This document shows positions 48,781 through 62,420 of a stretch of DNA of 64,000 nt, in pieces (within the stretch, counting starts at the first letter, position 1; every line of letters begins with the position of its first letter). This DNA is from Mobula hypostoma (lineage: Eukaryota). A program made the position numbers and the translations under genes. Where the stretch lies: contig NC_086124.1 of assembly GCF_963921235.1 (NCBI RefSeq), forward strand, positions 24,118,001 to 24,182,000, given 5' to 3'. The notes under the pieces were generated by a model, which was not told the origin of the DNA, made no database searches, and was given only the letters and a program-made list of their open reading frames with translations.

Positions 48781-50870
48781 TGATTTGCAATGAAATACAA
48801 AGCCTTTGAGTACAGTATTCACAACCTGTTTATATTCTGCATCCTAATGCAATGATACTAGCCCTGCTTTCTGCATTTTGCCCGATCATCAGCATCTCCT
48901 TCCTAACAATCTAACTGCCTGCTACTTTTGTTGTTTTAACACCTTTCATATCCTGAGTCCCTTTACTCTGTTTCCCATCTCCATGCTGAATTAGTGACAA
49001 CCCTCCCAAACAGCTCGAACAAACCAATGTGAGAGAATATTTGTCCATCTCGGGGTCATGTGCAATGTGCAGGTCACCCCTCCTCAATTTTGATTTCCAG
49101 CATCTGCAGATCTTTTTTCCTGTTTGTGAAATGAATGTGCTTCACTATGGCTGTTCCTTAGCAGCTTGGACTGAGAAAATGTAAAAAATATGACCATAAT
49201 AGTAAATAAGTAAAAAATACCGAAAAGATGTGGTGAGGAAGTGAGAGGTCCTTGAAATCTTGTCACAGGTTGTGGTAACAGTTCAGTGAAGGGGTAAGTG
49301 AAGTTGTGAGGTTATACCTTTTGGTTCAAGAGCCTTGTGCTTGAGGGGTAATTACTGTCCTGATCCTGATGGTATGAGTTTTGAGGGTGTTATACCTTCT
49401 TCCTGATGGCAGCAGCAAAAAGAGAGCATGACCTGAGTGATGGTTTGCCTGGTGAAGGATGCTGCTTTCTTGCGACAGCACACAGTATTGATGTGCTCAA
49501 TGCAGAAAACAGTTTTATTCCTGATGGACTTGGCCATATATACTGCTTTTTGTAGGAATTTCCCTTTAAGGATATTGGTGCTCCTTTCCAGAAGGTAATG
49601 CATTCGGTTATTATACGTTCCATCACACAAGGATGGAAATTCGTTCAAGTTTCAGATTTGATGCAAGGAATGCATCGGTCAGGACTGAATTCTTTGCAGG
49701 TAGAGGATCGAGGCAAGATTTGAGGGAAGTGTAACGCTCCGGTTCAGTCGGCGACGTAAGTCGAGGGAAGATAATCTCTGGCCCCGCCAAATGTGTGAAC
49801 TTTGAGTTGCAAAACCTCTTATTTGTGTGGATGCTGTGTGGTTTGTTCCCCTGTTACAAATCAGTACCACAGAATATTGGACTGTACACCATATACAATT
49901 AAATGATTTAGCTGTTTAATTCTTCATCGGACTAAAGTGTTAGTAAGGAAAAACAAAATGAAAAGAGCCCATTTTAATGAAACAGGCTAATGTGTGCAAG
50001 TTGCAGTTCACGGTTTCCCTTCTGCTGGTCCTCAGTCGATTTCTCTGGCCGTCATCGACTACTGGCCCCACTCCAAGGCCACTACTTTCTGGTGTCTACG
50101 AATTCTCCTTTCTGGCATCTTCTCTCTCCATCTTTTGCCGATAACAAAACCCAGATTACCTCGGTGGCAGCCATACAGCATGAAAATACACCTCCCGCAT
50201 TGGACGGCCAGCAACTCTAACCATAACCCAAACACTGCTTCTACAGAAAGACCATGACATTAGCAGTGAAACTTTTCCCAGGGTGTTACTCTTTCCCCTC
50301 CCTCCCCCCACCAAATTTAGTGAGGTCCTCATGACATTGAAATAATTTACCAGCCCTGTATGCAAAGAACAAAGTTCAACCCAGGTGTAAAAGGCAGTGA
50401 CATAGATCCTCTGAATGATCTCCTCACTGTCCCGTACAAGCTGAAGTTCTTGCAGCTGCTGCTCCCGATCCATAGCACAGTCTTGCAGTATCTGCAGCTG
50501 GATGCACCTCACGCACATGTAGTCTCCCATGGGGCTCCCAAGACACCAACATCAGGAGTGAATAACCCGCAAAGGCCTTTTAAACTATAGTAAGTATAAT
50601 TGACACAATAAGAGGAAAGAGAAACATAACAAACTCAAACAGACAAGTTACCCAGAGCCAGTGCCACTTCCGTGCCGATGACTCCTTTGAGCCAGTGCTT
50701 GACAATATACTTCCTCCTGCAGCCCGTCCCAACGATCAGCGCTGCAACAATGCTGGCTCCACTTCCGCAAGCATTCACATGCTGTGTTATGGCCAGGAGC
50801 CTGGAATTGAAGATGCCTGTAAGAGGAATTCTGAAAAATACAGTAATTTCTTCTTTGAATGTCATTCCAG

Positions 50871-51182
50871 AGCCCAATATAAGGCTGGTAGGCGGCAGCG
50901 ATCGTTGTTCAGGGAGAGTGGAGGTGTGGCACAGTGCACAGTGGGGAACGGTATGCGACGATGGATGGGACACTGACGACGCCAAGGTTGTCTGCAATGA
51001 GCTGGGCTGTCCCCCTGCCACAGCAGCAATACAGGGGGCACACTTCGGGCAAGGCAGCGGGAATATCTGGATGGATGATGTTGCGTGCAATGGAAATGAA
51101 TCCGCCCTTGACGAATGTTCCTTTGGAGGATGGGGGATTCATAACTGCGGTCACGGAGAGGATGCAGGAGTGAATTGTACAG
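50871..51182 (+). CDS. Group B SRCR domain exon A (DMBT1/CD163-like protein)
   Basis: ttccag|AG acceptor, G|GTCAGC donor, 312 nt, open frame, 8 Cys, [31 protein letters not shown]. Confidence 0.92.
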
Positions 51183-51600
51183 GTCAGCATAGAAGAAAGA
51201 ACCTCTTTGTTTCTGCTTTCTCTCTATTGGGATTAAGAAAGACTCTACTTTTATAATTATGCCAGCCACTCTTGTTGCTGTGGGTAAAACAATGAAAATT
51301 TATGTATTCATGCTTGACGTTGTTGAGGCAGGTACAACTTAATTAACATTTTTTCTGCATCACTTAAAATGTTGGAGTGTTTCATTTGGCAAATTTTGAT
51401 GTCCTAGTTGGTCGTGCATACGGGTGCTGATTCCAGCTTCATTTTGGATAAGACATAACACATCAGAGAATATAAGGATTGACTGGTAATTTATCTGTAT
51501 TCAGAACAGTGAATTGTAACTATTTATTAACGGCATTTCGTTAGTTTTCTGGGGTGGACGTAAGAACTCTATTACATAAACTACATGTAAACATTTAGGG

Positions 51601-52604
51601 CAGGGGCGGCCAACGTTCTGCATTCCATGCGTCAAATTTTTCACGCCCGAGTTCAGATGCGCCATACAACTCTTGTACCCTCATTCAATTCCTGTAAAAA
51701 TATGTTCCTATACACATCTTTAGCATTTTTACATGATATATTGATTTAATATAAAACAAGATAAAGATTACTTGCCTTAATGAGACTTTTAACAAACATA
51801 TTTTGTCTTCTTTTGATTTCTTCCTTTTTCTTAATCACATCGTCTTTCCGTAAATCAGACCTAAGCACGAGCTTCAGTTTTCCATCTATTTCAGTCTGAT
51901 GTTGTGTTTTATAGTGTCTATTGAGATCATGTCTTCTATTATGTGAGAAAGTGTTTTTGCAAACAATGCACAATGGTTTTCCTGACGGACCCGCTATAAA
52001 TAAAAACTCATTTTCCCTCTGTTCATTGAATTCACACTTACTATCACTTTCTGCTTTTCTTTTGCTCTGTGATGGGTCACTGAATGTAAAAACAAAGCTT
52101 AGTTTTTCGAAAAGTACAAAACTGCAAATGTTCACGATGGACGAACAAAGCATAACTCCCTAGCGCATGAGTGTCAATTGTAAACTGACTGACAGAAACC
52201 GGCGACCCACTGCTGGTGCAGACGCCTGGCGTCTCAGGTTCAAACAAGTAAGAAACATTTATTGAACAGTTATAGAACGACTGCAGAACAGAAGTCCTTC
52301 TTTTCTAGTTTGACTTATTGAACTTTTTTAAAAATTGAAAACAGATCAATGTGAAAGAAGATATCATTCGCCAAAAGATGTGCACAAAATAATAAAATCA
52401 CGAAACGTAATAACTAAGTTTTAGATTTCTTCTCAGTAAAACCCATTTCTAGATCTAAGCTTCTTGAATTCATGTTATAGATTTTTTTTTCTACAGGTCT
52501 GTTTTTAGTCAATACTTTTTGCATCAGTAGGCTTACTTTTTTATTATTATCATTGGGTGCAATGCACCACTTTTGGTGCATGCGCCATAGGTTGGCCATC
52601 CCTG
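51601..52604 (-). mobile_element. Non-autonomous hAT (Buster/SPIN-like) in the A-type intron
   Basis: TIRs caggggcggccaac / gttggccatccctg; flanks atttaggg / ctttaggc; N-terminal zinc finger KPLCIVC..RHYKTQH. Confidence 0.85.
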
Positions 52605-54497
52605 CTTTAGGCTGTTCTGCACAAGAACTCCCAAATCCCTTTGCATCTCAGATGTTTTGATTTTACTCTGCTTAGAAAATAGTGTGCCGAATTATTTCTA
52701 CTGATGAAGTGCAAGACCATGCATTTTCCAACATTGTATTTAATTTGCCTTTTCCATGCCAATACTCCCAAACTGTCTAAGTCCATCTGAATCTCTCTCT
52801 TTTGAGTTCTATTACCAACCTAATTTTCCCAATCTACCTGCATATTAAAATTTCCCCTTACTATCATAATATTTCCCATTTGGTACACCATTTCTATTTC
52901 TGTTTTATTCTGCACTCTACATTTCAGTTACTGTTCCGTGAGCTGCATCTACTGCCACAGGGTCCATTTCCATTGCAGTGTCCTTACTGAACTGACAAGG
53001 ATTCAACATCTTCCGATCCAATGTCATATCTTTCTCAGTATTTGATGCCATTCTCTAACAGCAGAGCGATGCCATGCACCCAGCCTATGTTCATACCCTT
53101 TGGATACAATGTACAATGGAAATTATGCTACCCACCAAACAGTCTTTCAGCAACGAAGTGGTGATGTCCACAAGATCGTATGTGACAATCTGTAAAAGCG
53201 CCGTGTTGTTGTGCTCAATAGATGTTGAGAACAGTATTGAACCCTTTTTGATTCTGCATCCCTCATCACTGATACTCGCTCTGCTGGTAGTTTTTTCTTG
53301 TTTTATCATCTGGCCAACTTTCCTACCAGACTGACTGCGTGCTGTCTTTTCTCTTTTACCATCCGCGCTGTCCTGACCCCATTCCCTTCGGTTTCCACCC
53401 CCTTGCAAAATTAGTTTGAACTCTCCCCAATAGCTCTAAGAAGCCAGTGAGCGAGAAGGTTGGTTCCCATCGGCTTCAGCTGCAACCCTTCCCTTCTTAC
53501 AGGTCATGCCTCCCCGAGAAGAGATCCGAATGATCCAAGAACCTGAAGCACTTCACTCCCTGCTGCAAATTGTCAGCCACGCATTTATCTGCCAAATCAT
53601 TCTGTTTCTACCATCCCTGGCACGTGACACAGGCAGTAATCCTGAATGTGTTGCGTCTCAGCATTCCGTCCAGCTCTTTAAGTCCTCATTGCGGAACCTC
53701 TTTGTACCAAGATTTCAGGCTGCTTTCCCTCCCACTGCTCAATGCTATGGACGCAATCCGAGTCCATAGCACCTGGGAGGGAGCAACAGACCATCCGTGT
53801 GTCCCGTTCACGTCAACAAACTTTTTTTTCGATTCCTCTGACTATTGAGCCTTCCATCTCAACCGCTCACGACTCTCCCTCTTTCCTTTCTGCAATCCAT
53901 GGTCAGTGCAACCCACCTGGTCTCCGTGACATTCTGCTGAGAGGTTATTTTAAAAAATAGTATCCAAAATAATACACTTAGTATTCAGGGAATTTACCCA
54001 AGAGCTGCTGTGAGCTAATTGCCTATTCACTGTCTAATTCCTTTCCTAACAGTCACTCATTTATTAGACTCCTGCAGCTCTGATGGATGATCTCCTCACT
54101 CTTCCGTGGAAGCCGAAGGTCTTGCAACCGCTGCTACCGATCCATCGCACGGTCTTGCAGTATCTGCAGCTGGACGCACCTCACATACATGTAGTTGCCT
54201 GTGAGGCTCCCAAGACAACATCTAACGTGAATAGCACGCAATTGCCTTCTAAACTACACTAAGTACCCTCCTCATGTTACCCAGTGCCAGTGCCTCTTCT
54301 GTGCTGAAGACTCCTTTGAGCCAATGCCTGACAATCCACTTTAACCACTGGCCTCTCCCAACAGTCAATGCTGCAACAATGGTGGCTCCTCTTGTGCAAA
54401 CATTCACATGCTGTGTAATGGATAGGAACGTGGAACTGAATATATCTGAAGCGAATCTCCAAAAAATACAGTAATTTCTCTTTCAATGTCATTCCAG

Positions 54498-54812
54498 TGC
54501 CTGAAGTAAGGCTGGTAGGCGGCAGCGATCGTTGTTCAGGGAGAGTGGAGGTGCGGTACAATGCACAGTGGGGAACGGTATGTGACGATGGATGGGGCAC
54601 TGAAGACGCCAAGGTTGTCTGCAATGAGTTGGGTTGTCCCTCTGCTGCAGCAGCAGTCTCGGGGGCACGGTTCGGGCAAGGCAGCGGAAATATCTGGATG
54701 GACGATGTTGCATGCAATGGAAATGAATCTGCCCTTTGGGAATGTTCCTTCCGAGGATGGGGGAGTCATAACTGCGGTCACGGAGAGGATGCAGGAGTGA
54801 TTTGTTCAAAAG
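54498..54812 (+). CDS. Group B SRCR domain exon B
   Basis: ttccag|TG acceptor, G|GTAGGC donor, 315 nt, open frame, 8 Cys. Confidence 0.92.
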
Positions 54813-57800
54813 GTAGGCATAGAACAAAGAACATCTTTGTTTCTGATTCCTGTCTATTGGGATTAACAAAGACTCTATATTAGTAGTTAGGCCAGCCACT
54901 CTGGTTGCCGTGGGTAAAACGATGAGAATTTTTGTGCTTATATTTGATGTTGTTGAGGCAGGCACAATTTAATTAACATTTGTTCTGCATTGCTTAAAGT
55001 GCTGGAGTGTTTCATTTGGCAAACTGTTATCTTATAGTTGGTCGTGCAGACTGGTGCTGATTCCAGATTCGTTTCGGGTTAGATGTATCAGATCATAAAG
55101 TATAAGGAATGTCCGGTAATAACTCTGTATGCAGTGAATTGTAACTATTTGTTAACGGCATTTCGTTAGCTTTCTGGGGTTCACATAGGAACTCCATTTC
55201 ATAAACTGCATATAAATCTTTAAGGTGCTCTGCAGAAGAACTTCCAAGTCCCTTTGCATCTCAGATGTTTGGATTTCACTCTTGTTGAGAAAATAGTTTG
55301 CAGAAGTATTTCCACCGATGAAGTGCAAGACCATGCATTCTCCAGCATTGTATTTAATTTGCCGCTTCAGTGCCCATTCTGCAAAACTATATAAGTCCTT
55401 CTGAATTCACACTCTTTTCAGTTCTATTTCCAACCTAATTTTCCCAATCTACCTGCATGTTAAAATTTCCCCGTAGTATCATAACATTTCCCTTTTGGTA
55501 GGCCATTTCTGTTTCTGTTGTATTCTGTAGCCTACATTCCAGTTACTGTTTGGAGAGCTGCAGAAACTGCCATCAGGGTCATTTTCTATTGCAGTTTTGT
55601 TACGCAATCGACAAGAATTCAACTTCGTACAATCCTATGTCACACTTTTCTCAGTAGTTGAGACCATTGTCTGACAGCAGAGCGATGCAGCCTATGTTTG
55701 TCCCCTTTCAATAAAATGTACAATGGAAATTCAGCTACCCAGCAAACAATCTTTCAGCAACAAATTGGTGATGTCCACAAGATCATACATGACAATTTGT
55801 AAAAGTACAGTAAGATCATCCAGCTTATTTCTTATGTTCTTTTCAATGAGATACAAGGCTGCTATAGTGCTTCCAAACTTTTTTTTATTCTGCATCCTAA
55901 TGCACAGATGATACTCACTCTGCTGGCTGAATTTTGTCCGATCATGTGGTTGCCCTTCCTAACAGTCTGACTGCCCGCTACTTTTGTTGTTTTAATACCT
56001 TTCGTATCCTGAGACCCTTCACGCAGTTCCTATCCCCATGCTAAATTACTTCTGACCCTCCCCAAGAGTTCTAACAAACCAGCCCGAGAGAATATTTGCC
56101 CAAGTGCAACCCCTCCCTTTTGTACAGGTCATCCCTCCTCTATTTGGATTTCCCGCATCTGCAGATTTTTTTTTCCTGTTTGTGAAATGAATGTGCTTGT
56201 CTATGGCCGTACCTTAGCAGCTTGAACTGAGAAAATATAAAAAATACGACCGTAATAGTAAATAAGTAATAAATACCAAAAAGATGTGGTGAGGAAGTGA
56301 GAGGTCCTTGAAATCTTGTCAAAGGTTGTGGCAACAGTTCAGTGAACGGGTAAGTGAAGTTGACTGGTTGTACCCTTTGGTTCAAGAGCCTTGTGCTTGA
56401 GGGGTAATTACTGTCCTGATCCTGATGGTATAAGTTTTGAGGGTCTTATACCTTCTGCCTGATGGCAGCAGCAAAAAGAGAGCATGACCTGGGTGATGGT
56501 TCGCCTGGCGAAGGATGCTGCTTTCTTGCGACATCACACAGTGTTGATGTGCTCAATGGAGAAAACAGTTTTATTCCTGATGGACTTGGCCATATATACT
56601 GCTTTTCGTAGGAATTTCCCTTTAAGGATATTGGTGCTCCTTACCTGAACGTAATGCATTCAGTTATTATACGTTCCACCACAAAAGGATAGAAATTCGT
56701 TCAAGTTTCAGATCTGATGCAAGGAATACATCGGTTGGGACTACATTCTTTGCAGGTAGAAGATTGAGGCAAGATTTGAGGGAAGTGTAACCCTCAGGTT
56801 CAGTCAGCGACGTAACTCGAGGTAAGATAATCTCTGGCCCCGCCTAATGTGTGAACTTTGAGGTGCAAAACCTCTTGTTTGAGTGGATGCTGTGTGGTTT
56901 GTTCCCCTGTTACAAATCAGTACCACAGAAGAATGGACTGTATACCATATGCAATTAAATGGTTTAGCTCTTTGATTCTTCATTGGACTAAAGTGTTAGT
57001 AAAGAAAAACAAAAAGAAAGGAGCCATTTTAATGAAACAGTCCAATGTGTGCAAGTTGGAGTTCACGGATTCCCTTCTGCTGGTCCTCCATCGATTTCTC
57101 TGTCCATCATCAACTACTGTCCCCACTCCAAGGCCACTACTTTCTGATGTCTACGAACTCTAATTTCTGGCATCTTCTCTCTCCATCTTTTGCCGACAAC
57201 AAAACCCAGATTACCTCGGTCGCAGGCACAGAGCATGAAAGTACACCTCCCGCATTGGACGGCCAGCAACTCTAACCATAACCCAAGCACTGCTTCTACA
57301 GAAAGACCATGACATTAGCAGTGAAACTTTTCCCAGGGTGTTACTCTTTCCCCACCCTCCCCCCACCAAATTTAGTGATGTCCTCATGACATTGAGATAA
57401 TTTACCAACCCTGCATGCAAAGAACAAAGTTCAACCCAGGTGTAAAAGGCAGTGACATAGATCCTCTGAATGATCTCCTCACTCTCCCGTACATGCTGAA
57501 GTTCTTGCAGCTGCTGCTCCCGATCCATAGCACAGTCTTGCAGTATCTGCAGCTGGATGCACCTCACGCACATGTAGTCTCCCATGGGGCTCCCAGGACT
57601 CCAACATTAGGAGTGAATAACCCGTAGAAGCCTTTTAAACTACACTAAGTATGCCTGACACAACAAGAGGAAAGAGAAACATAACGAACTCAAACAGACA
57701 AGTTACCCAGAGCCAGTGCCACTTCCGTGCCGACGACTCCTTTGAGCCAGTGCTTGACAATCTACTTCCTCCTGTAGCCCGTCCCAAAAATCAGCGCTCC

Positions 57801-57925
57801 AACAATGCTGGCTCCGCTTGTGCAAGCATTCACACGTTGTGTTATGGCCAGGAACATGGAATTGAACATACCTGTAAGCGAAACTCTGAAAAATACAGTA
57901 ATTTCTTCTTTGAATGTCATTCCAG

Positions 57926-58237
57926 AGCCCAATATCAGGCTGGTAGGCGGCAGCGATCGTTGTTCCGGGAGAGTGGAGGTGTGGCACAGTGCACAATGGG
58001 GAACGGTATGCGACGATGGATGGGACACTGATGACGCCAAGGTTATCTGCAGTCAGTTGGGCTGTCCCCCTGCCGCAGCAGCAATACAGGGGGCACACTT
58101 CGGGCAAGGCAGCGGGAATATCTGGATGGATGATGTTGCGTGCAATGGAAATGAATCCGCCCTTGAAGAATGTTCCTTTGGAGGATGGGGGAGTCATAAC
58201 TGCAATCACGGAGAGGATGCAGGAGTGAATTGTACAG
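57926..58237 (+). CDS. Group B SRCR domain exon A'
   Basis: 312 nt, phase 1-1, open frame, 13 nt differences from exon A. Confidence 0.92.
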
Positions 58238-58655
58238 GTCAGCATAGAAGAAAGAACCTCTTTGTTTCTGCTTTCTCTCTATTGCGATTAAGAAAGACTC
58301 TACTTTTATAATTATGCCAGCCACTCTAGTTGCTGTGGGTAAAACAATGAAAATGTATGTATTGATGCTTGACGTTGTTGAGGCAGGCGCAACTTAACTA
58401 ACATTTTTTCTGCGTCAGTTAAAATGCTGGAGTGTTGAATTTGGCAAATTTTGATGTCCTAGTTGGTCGTGCATACGGGTGCTGATTCCAGCTTCATATA
58501 GGATAAGACATATCACATCAGAGAATATAAGGATTGACTCGTAATTTATCTGTATTCAAAACAGTGAATTGTAACTATTTATTAACGGCATTTCGTTAGT
58601 TTTCTGGGGTGGACGTAAGAACTCTATTTCATAAACTACATATAAACCTTTAGGG

Positions 58656-59658
58656 CAGGGGCGGCCAACGTTCTACATTCCATGCGTCAAATTTTTCACG
58701 CCCGAGTTCAGATGCGCCATACAACTCTTGTACCCCCATTCAATTCCTTAAAAATATGTTCCTATACACATCTTTAGCATTTTTACATGATATATTGATT
58801 TAATATAAAACAAGATAAAGATTACTTGCCTTAATGAGACTTTTAGCAAACATATTTCGTCTTCTTTAGATTTCTTCCTTTTTCTTAATCACATAGTCTT
58901 TCCGTAAATCAGACCTAAGCACTAGCTTCAGTTTTCCATCTATTTCAGTCTGATGTTGTGTTTTATACTGTCTATTAAGATCATGTCTTCTATTATGTGA
59001 GAAAGTGTTTTCACAAACAAGGCACAATGGTTTTCCTGATGGACCCAGTATAAATAAAAACTCATTTTCGCTCTGTTCATTGAATTCACACTTACCATCA
59101 CTTTCTGCTTTTCTTTTGCTCTGTGATGGGTCACTGAATGTGAAAACAAAGCTTAGTCTTTCGAAAAGTACAAAACTGCAAATGTTCACAAAGGACGAAC
59201 AAAGCATAACTCCGTAGCACACGAGTGTCAATTGTAAAGTGACTGATAAAAACCGGCGACCCACCACTGGTGTAGGTGCCTGGCGTCTCAGGTTCAAACA
59301 AGTAAGAAACATTTATTGAACAGTTATAGAACGACTGCAGAACAGAAGTCCTTCTTTTCTAGTTTGACTTATTGAACTTTTTTAAAAATTGAAAACAGAT
59401 CAATGTGAAAGAAGATATCATTCGCCAAAAGATGTGCACAAAATAATAAAATCACGAAACGTAAGAACTAAGTTTTAGATTTCTTCTCAGTAAAACCCAT
59501 TTGTAGATCTAAGCTACTTGAATTCATGTTATAGATTTTTTTTTCTACAGAGCTGTTTTCAGTCAATACTTTTTGCATGAGTAGGCTTACTTTTTTAATA
59601 TTATCATTGGGTGCAATGCACCACGTTAGGTGCATGCGGCATAGGTTGGCCATCCCTG
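58656..59658 (-). mobile_element. Duplicate of the intronic hAT
   Basis: Same TIRs; flanks ctttaggg / ctttaggc. Confidence 0.85.
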
Positions 59659-59842
59659 CTTTAGGCTGTTCTGCACAAGAACTCCCAAGTCCCTTTGCAT
59701 CTCAGATGTTTTGATTTTCCTCTGTTCAGAAAATAGTCTGCAGAATTATTTCTACTGATGAATTGCAAGACCATGCATTTTCCAACATTGTATTTAATTT
59801 GCCGTTTCCATGCCCCTACTCCCAAACTGTCTAAATCCTTCT

Positions 59843-59964
59843 CTTTTTAACTCTTCCTTCAGTTGGTCCTGACGAAGGGTCTCGGCCTGAAACGTCGACT
59901 GTACCTCTTCCTGGAGATGCTGCCTGGCCTGCTGCGTTCACCAGCAACTTTGATGTGTGTTACT
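59843..59964 (+). mobile_element. 122-bp Penelope-like tail insertion with hammerhead motif and 11-bp TSD
   Basis: taaatccttct at 59832-59842 and 59965-59975; absent at the paralogous sites (~52780, ~63585); GGTC-CTGACGA-AGGGTCTCGGCCT-GAAA-CGTC-GACT. Confidence 0.88.
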
Positions 59965-61690
59965 TAAATCCTTCTGAATTCACTGTCTTTTGAGTTCTAT
60001 TACCAACCTAATTTTCGCAATCTACCTGCATATTAAAATTTCCCCTTACTGTCATAACATTTCCCATTTGATACACCATTTCTATTTCTGTTTTATTCTG
60101 CACTCTACATTTCATTTACTGTTCCGGGAGCTGCATCTACTGCCACAAGGTCCATTTCCATTGCAGTTTCCTTACTGAACTGACAAGGATTCAACATCTT
60201 CCCATCCAGTGTCAAATCTTTCTCAGTATTTGATGCCATTCTCTAACAACAGAGCGATGCCATGCACCCAGCCTATCTTCATACCCTTTCGATACAATGT
60301 AGAATGGAAATTCAGCTACCCACCAAACAATCTTTCAGCAACGAAGTGGTGATGTCCACAAGATCGTATGTGACAATCTGTAAAAGCGCCGTGTTGTTGT
60401 GCTCAATAGATGTTGAGAACAGTATTGTAACCCTTTTTGATTCTGCATCCCTCATCACTGATACTCGCTTTGCTGGTAGTTTTTTTTTGTTTTATCATCT
60501 GCCCACCTTTCCTACCAGACTGACTGCATGCTGTCTTTTCTCTTTTACCATCCGCGCTGACCTGACCCCATTCCCTTCGGTTTCCACCCCCTTGCAAAAT
60601 TAGTTTGAACCCTCCCCAGTAGCTCTAAGAAGCCAGTGAGCAAGCAGGTTGGTTCCCATCGGCTTCAGCTGCAACCCTTCCCTTCTTACAGGTCATGCCT
60701 CCCCGAGAAGAGATCCAAATGATCCAAGAACCTGAAGCACTTCACTCCCTGCTGCAAATTGTCAGCCACGCATTTATCTGCCACATCATTCTGTTTCTTC
60801 CGTCCCTGGCACGTGACATAGGCAGTAATCCTGAATGTGTTGCGTCTCAGCATTCGGTCCAGCTCTTTAAATCCTCATTGCGGAACCCTCTTTGTACCAA
60901 GATTTCAGGCTGCTTTCCCTCCCACTGCACAATGCTATGGACGTGATCCGAGTCCATAGCACCTGGGAGGGAGCAACAGACCATCCGTGTGTCCCGTTCA
61001 CGTCAACAAACTTTTTTTTCGATTCCTCTGACTATTGAGCCTTCCATCTCAACCGCTCATGACTCTCCCTCTTTCCTTTCTGCAATCCATGGTCAGTGCA
61101 ACCCACCTGGTCTCCGTGGCATTCTGCTGAGAGGTTATTTTTAAAAATAGGATCCAAAATAATACACTTAGTATTCAGGGAATTTACCCAAGAGCTGCTG
61201 TGAGCTAACTGCCTATTCACTGTCTAATTCCTTCCCTAAAAGTCACTCAGTTATCTGACTCTTGCAGCTCTGATGGATGATCTCCTCACTCTCCCGTGGA
61301 AGCCGAAGGTCTTGCAGCTGCTGCTCCCGATCCATAGCACGATCTTGCAGTATCTGCAGCTGGACGCACCTCACATACATGTAGTTGCCTGTGGGGCTCC
61401 CAAGACTTCAACATCTAACGTGAATAGCACGCAATTGCCTTCTAAACTGCACTAAGTACCCTCCTCATGTTACCCAGAGCCAGTGCCTCTTCTGTGCTGA
61501 AGACTCCTTTGAGCCAATGCCTGACAATCCACTTTAACCACTGGCCTCTCCCAACAGTCAATGCTGCAACAATGGTGGCTCCTCTTGTGCAAACATTCAC
61601 ATGCTGTGTAATGGATAGGAACTGGGAACTGAATATATCTGAAGCGAATCTCCAAAAAATACAGTAATTTCTCTTTCAATGTCATTCCAG

Positions 61691-62002
61691 AGCCCGAAAT
61701 AAGGCTGGTAGGCGGCAGCGATCGTTGTTCAGGGAGAGTGGAGGTGCGGTACAATGCACAGTGGGGAACGGTATGTGACGATGGATGGGGCACTGAAGAC
61801 GCCAAGGTTGTCTGCAATGAGTTGGGTTGTCCCTCTGCTGCAGCAGCAATATCGGGGGCACACTTCGGGCAAGGCAACGGGAATATCTGGATGGATGATG
61901 TTGCGTGCAATGGAAATGAATCCGCCCTTTGGGAATGTTCCTTCCGAGGATGGGGGAGTCATAACTGCGGTCACGGAGAGGATGCAGGAGTGAATTGTAG
62001 AG
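61691..62002 (+). CDS. Group B SRCR domain exon B' (A/B mosaic)
   Basis: 312 nt, phase 1-1, open frame, 8 Cys, A-type donor GTCAGC. Confidence 0.92.
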
Positions 62003-62420
62003 GTCAGCATAGAAGAAAGAACCTCTTTGTTTCTGCTTTCTCTCTTTTGCGATTAAGAAAGACTCTACTTTTATAATTATGCCAGCCACTCTTGTTGCTG
62101 TGGGTAAAACAATGAAAATGTATGTATTGATGCTTGACGTTGTTGAGGCAGGCACAACTTAATTAACATTTTTTCTGCGTCAGTTAAAATGCTGGAGTGT
62201 TTCATTTGGCAAATTTTGATGTCCTAGTTGGTCGTGCATACGGGTGCTGATTCCAGCTTCATTTTGGATAAGACATATCACATCAGAAAATATAAGGATT
62301 GACTGGTAATTTATCTGTATTCAAAACAGTGAATTGTAACTTTTTATTAACGGCATTTCATTAGTTTTCTGGGGTGGACGTAAGAACTCTATTTCATAAA
62401 CTACATATAAACCTTAAGGG

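Noticed and set aside
50156-50530. Cys-containing minus-strand ORF repeated at 57211
   Set aside because: Matches the CR1 ORF1 N-terminus (C..C.QLQ.L); a transposon remnant duplicated with the array.
50862-51269. Antisense ORFs over the SRCR exons
   Set aside because: Shadow frames of GC-rich coding exons with no recognisable motif.
51746-52153. GTF2IRD2/EPM2AIP1-like domesticated transposase exon (also at 58866 and 62706)
   Set aside because: Antisense to the host gene, truncated, bounded by TIRs and a TSD, and differently broken in each copy.
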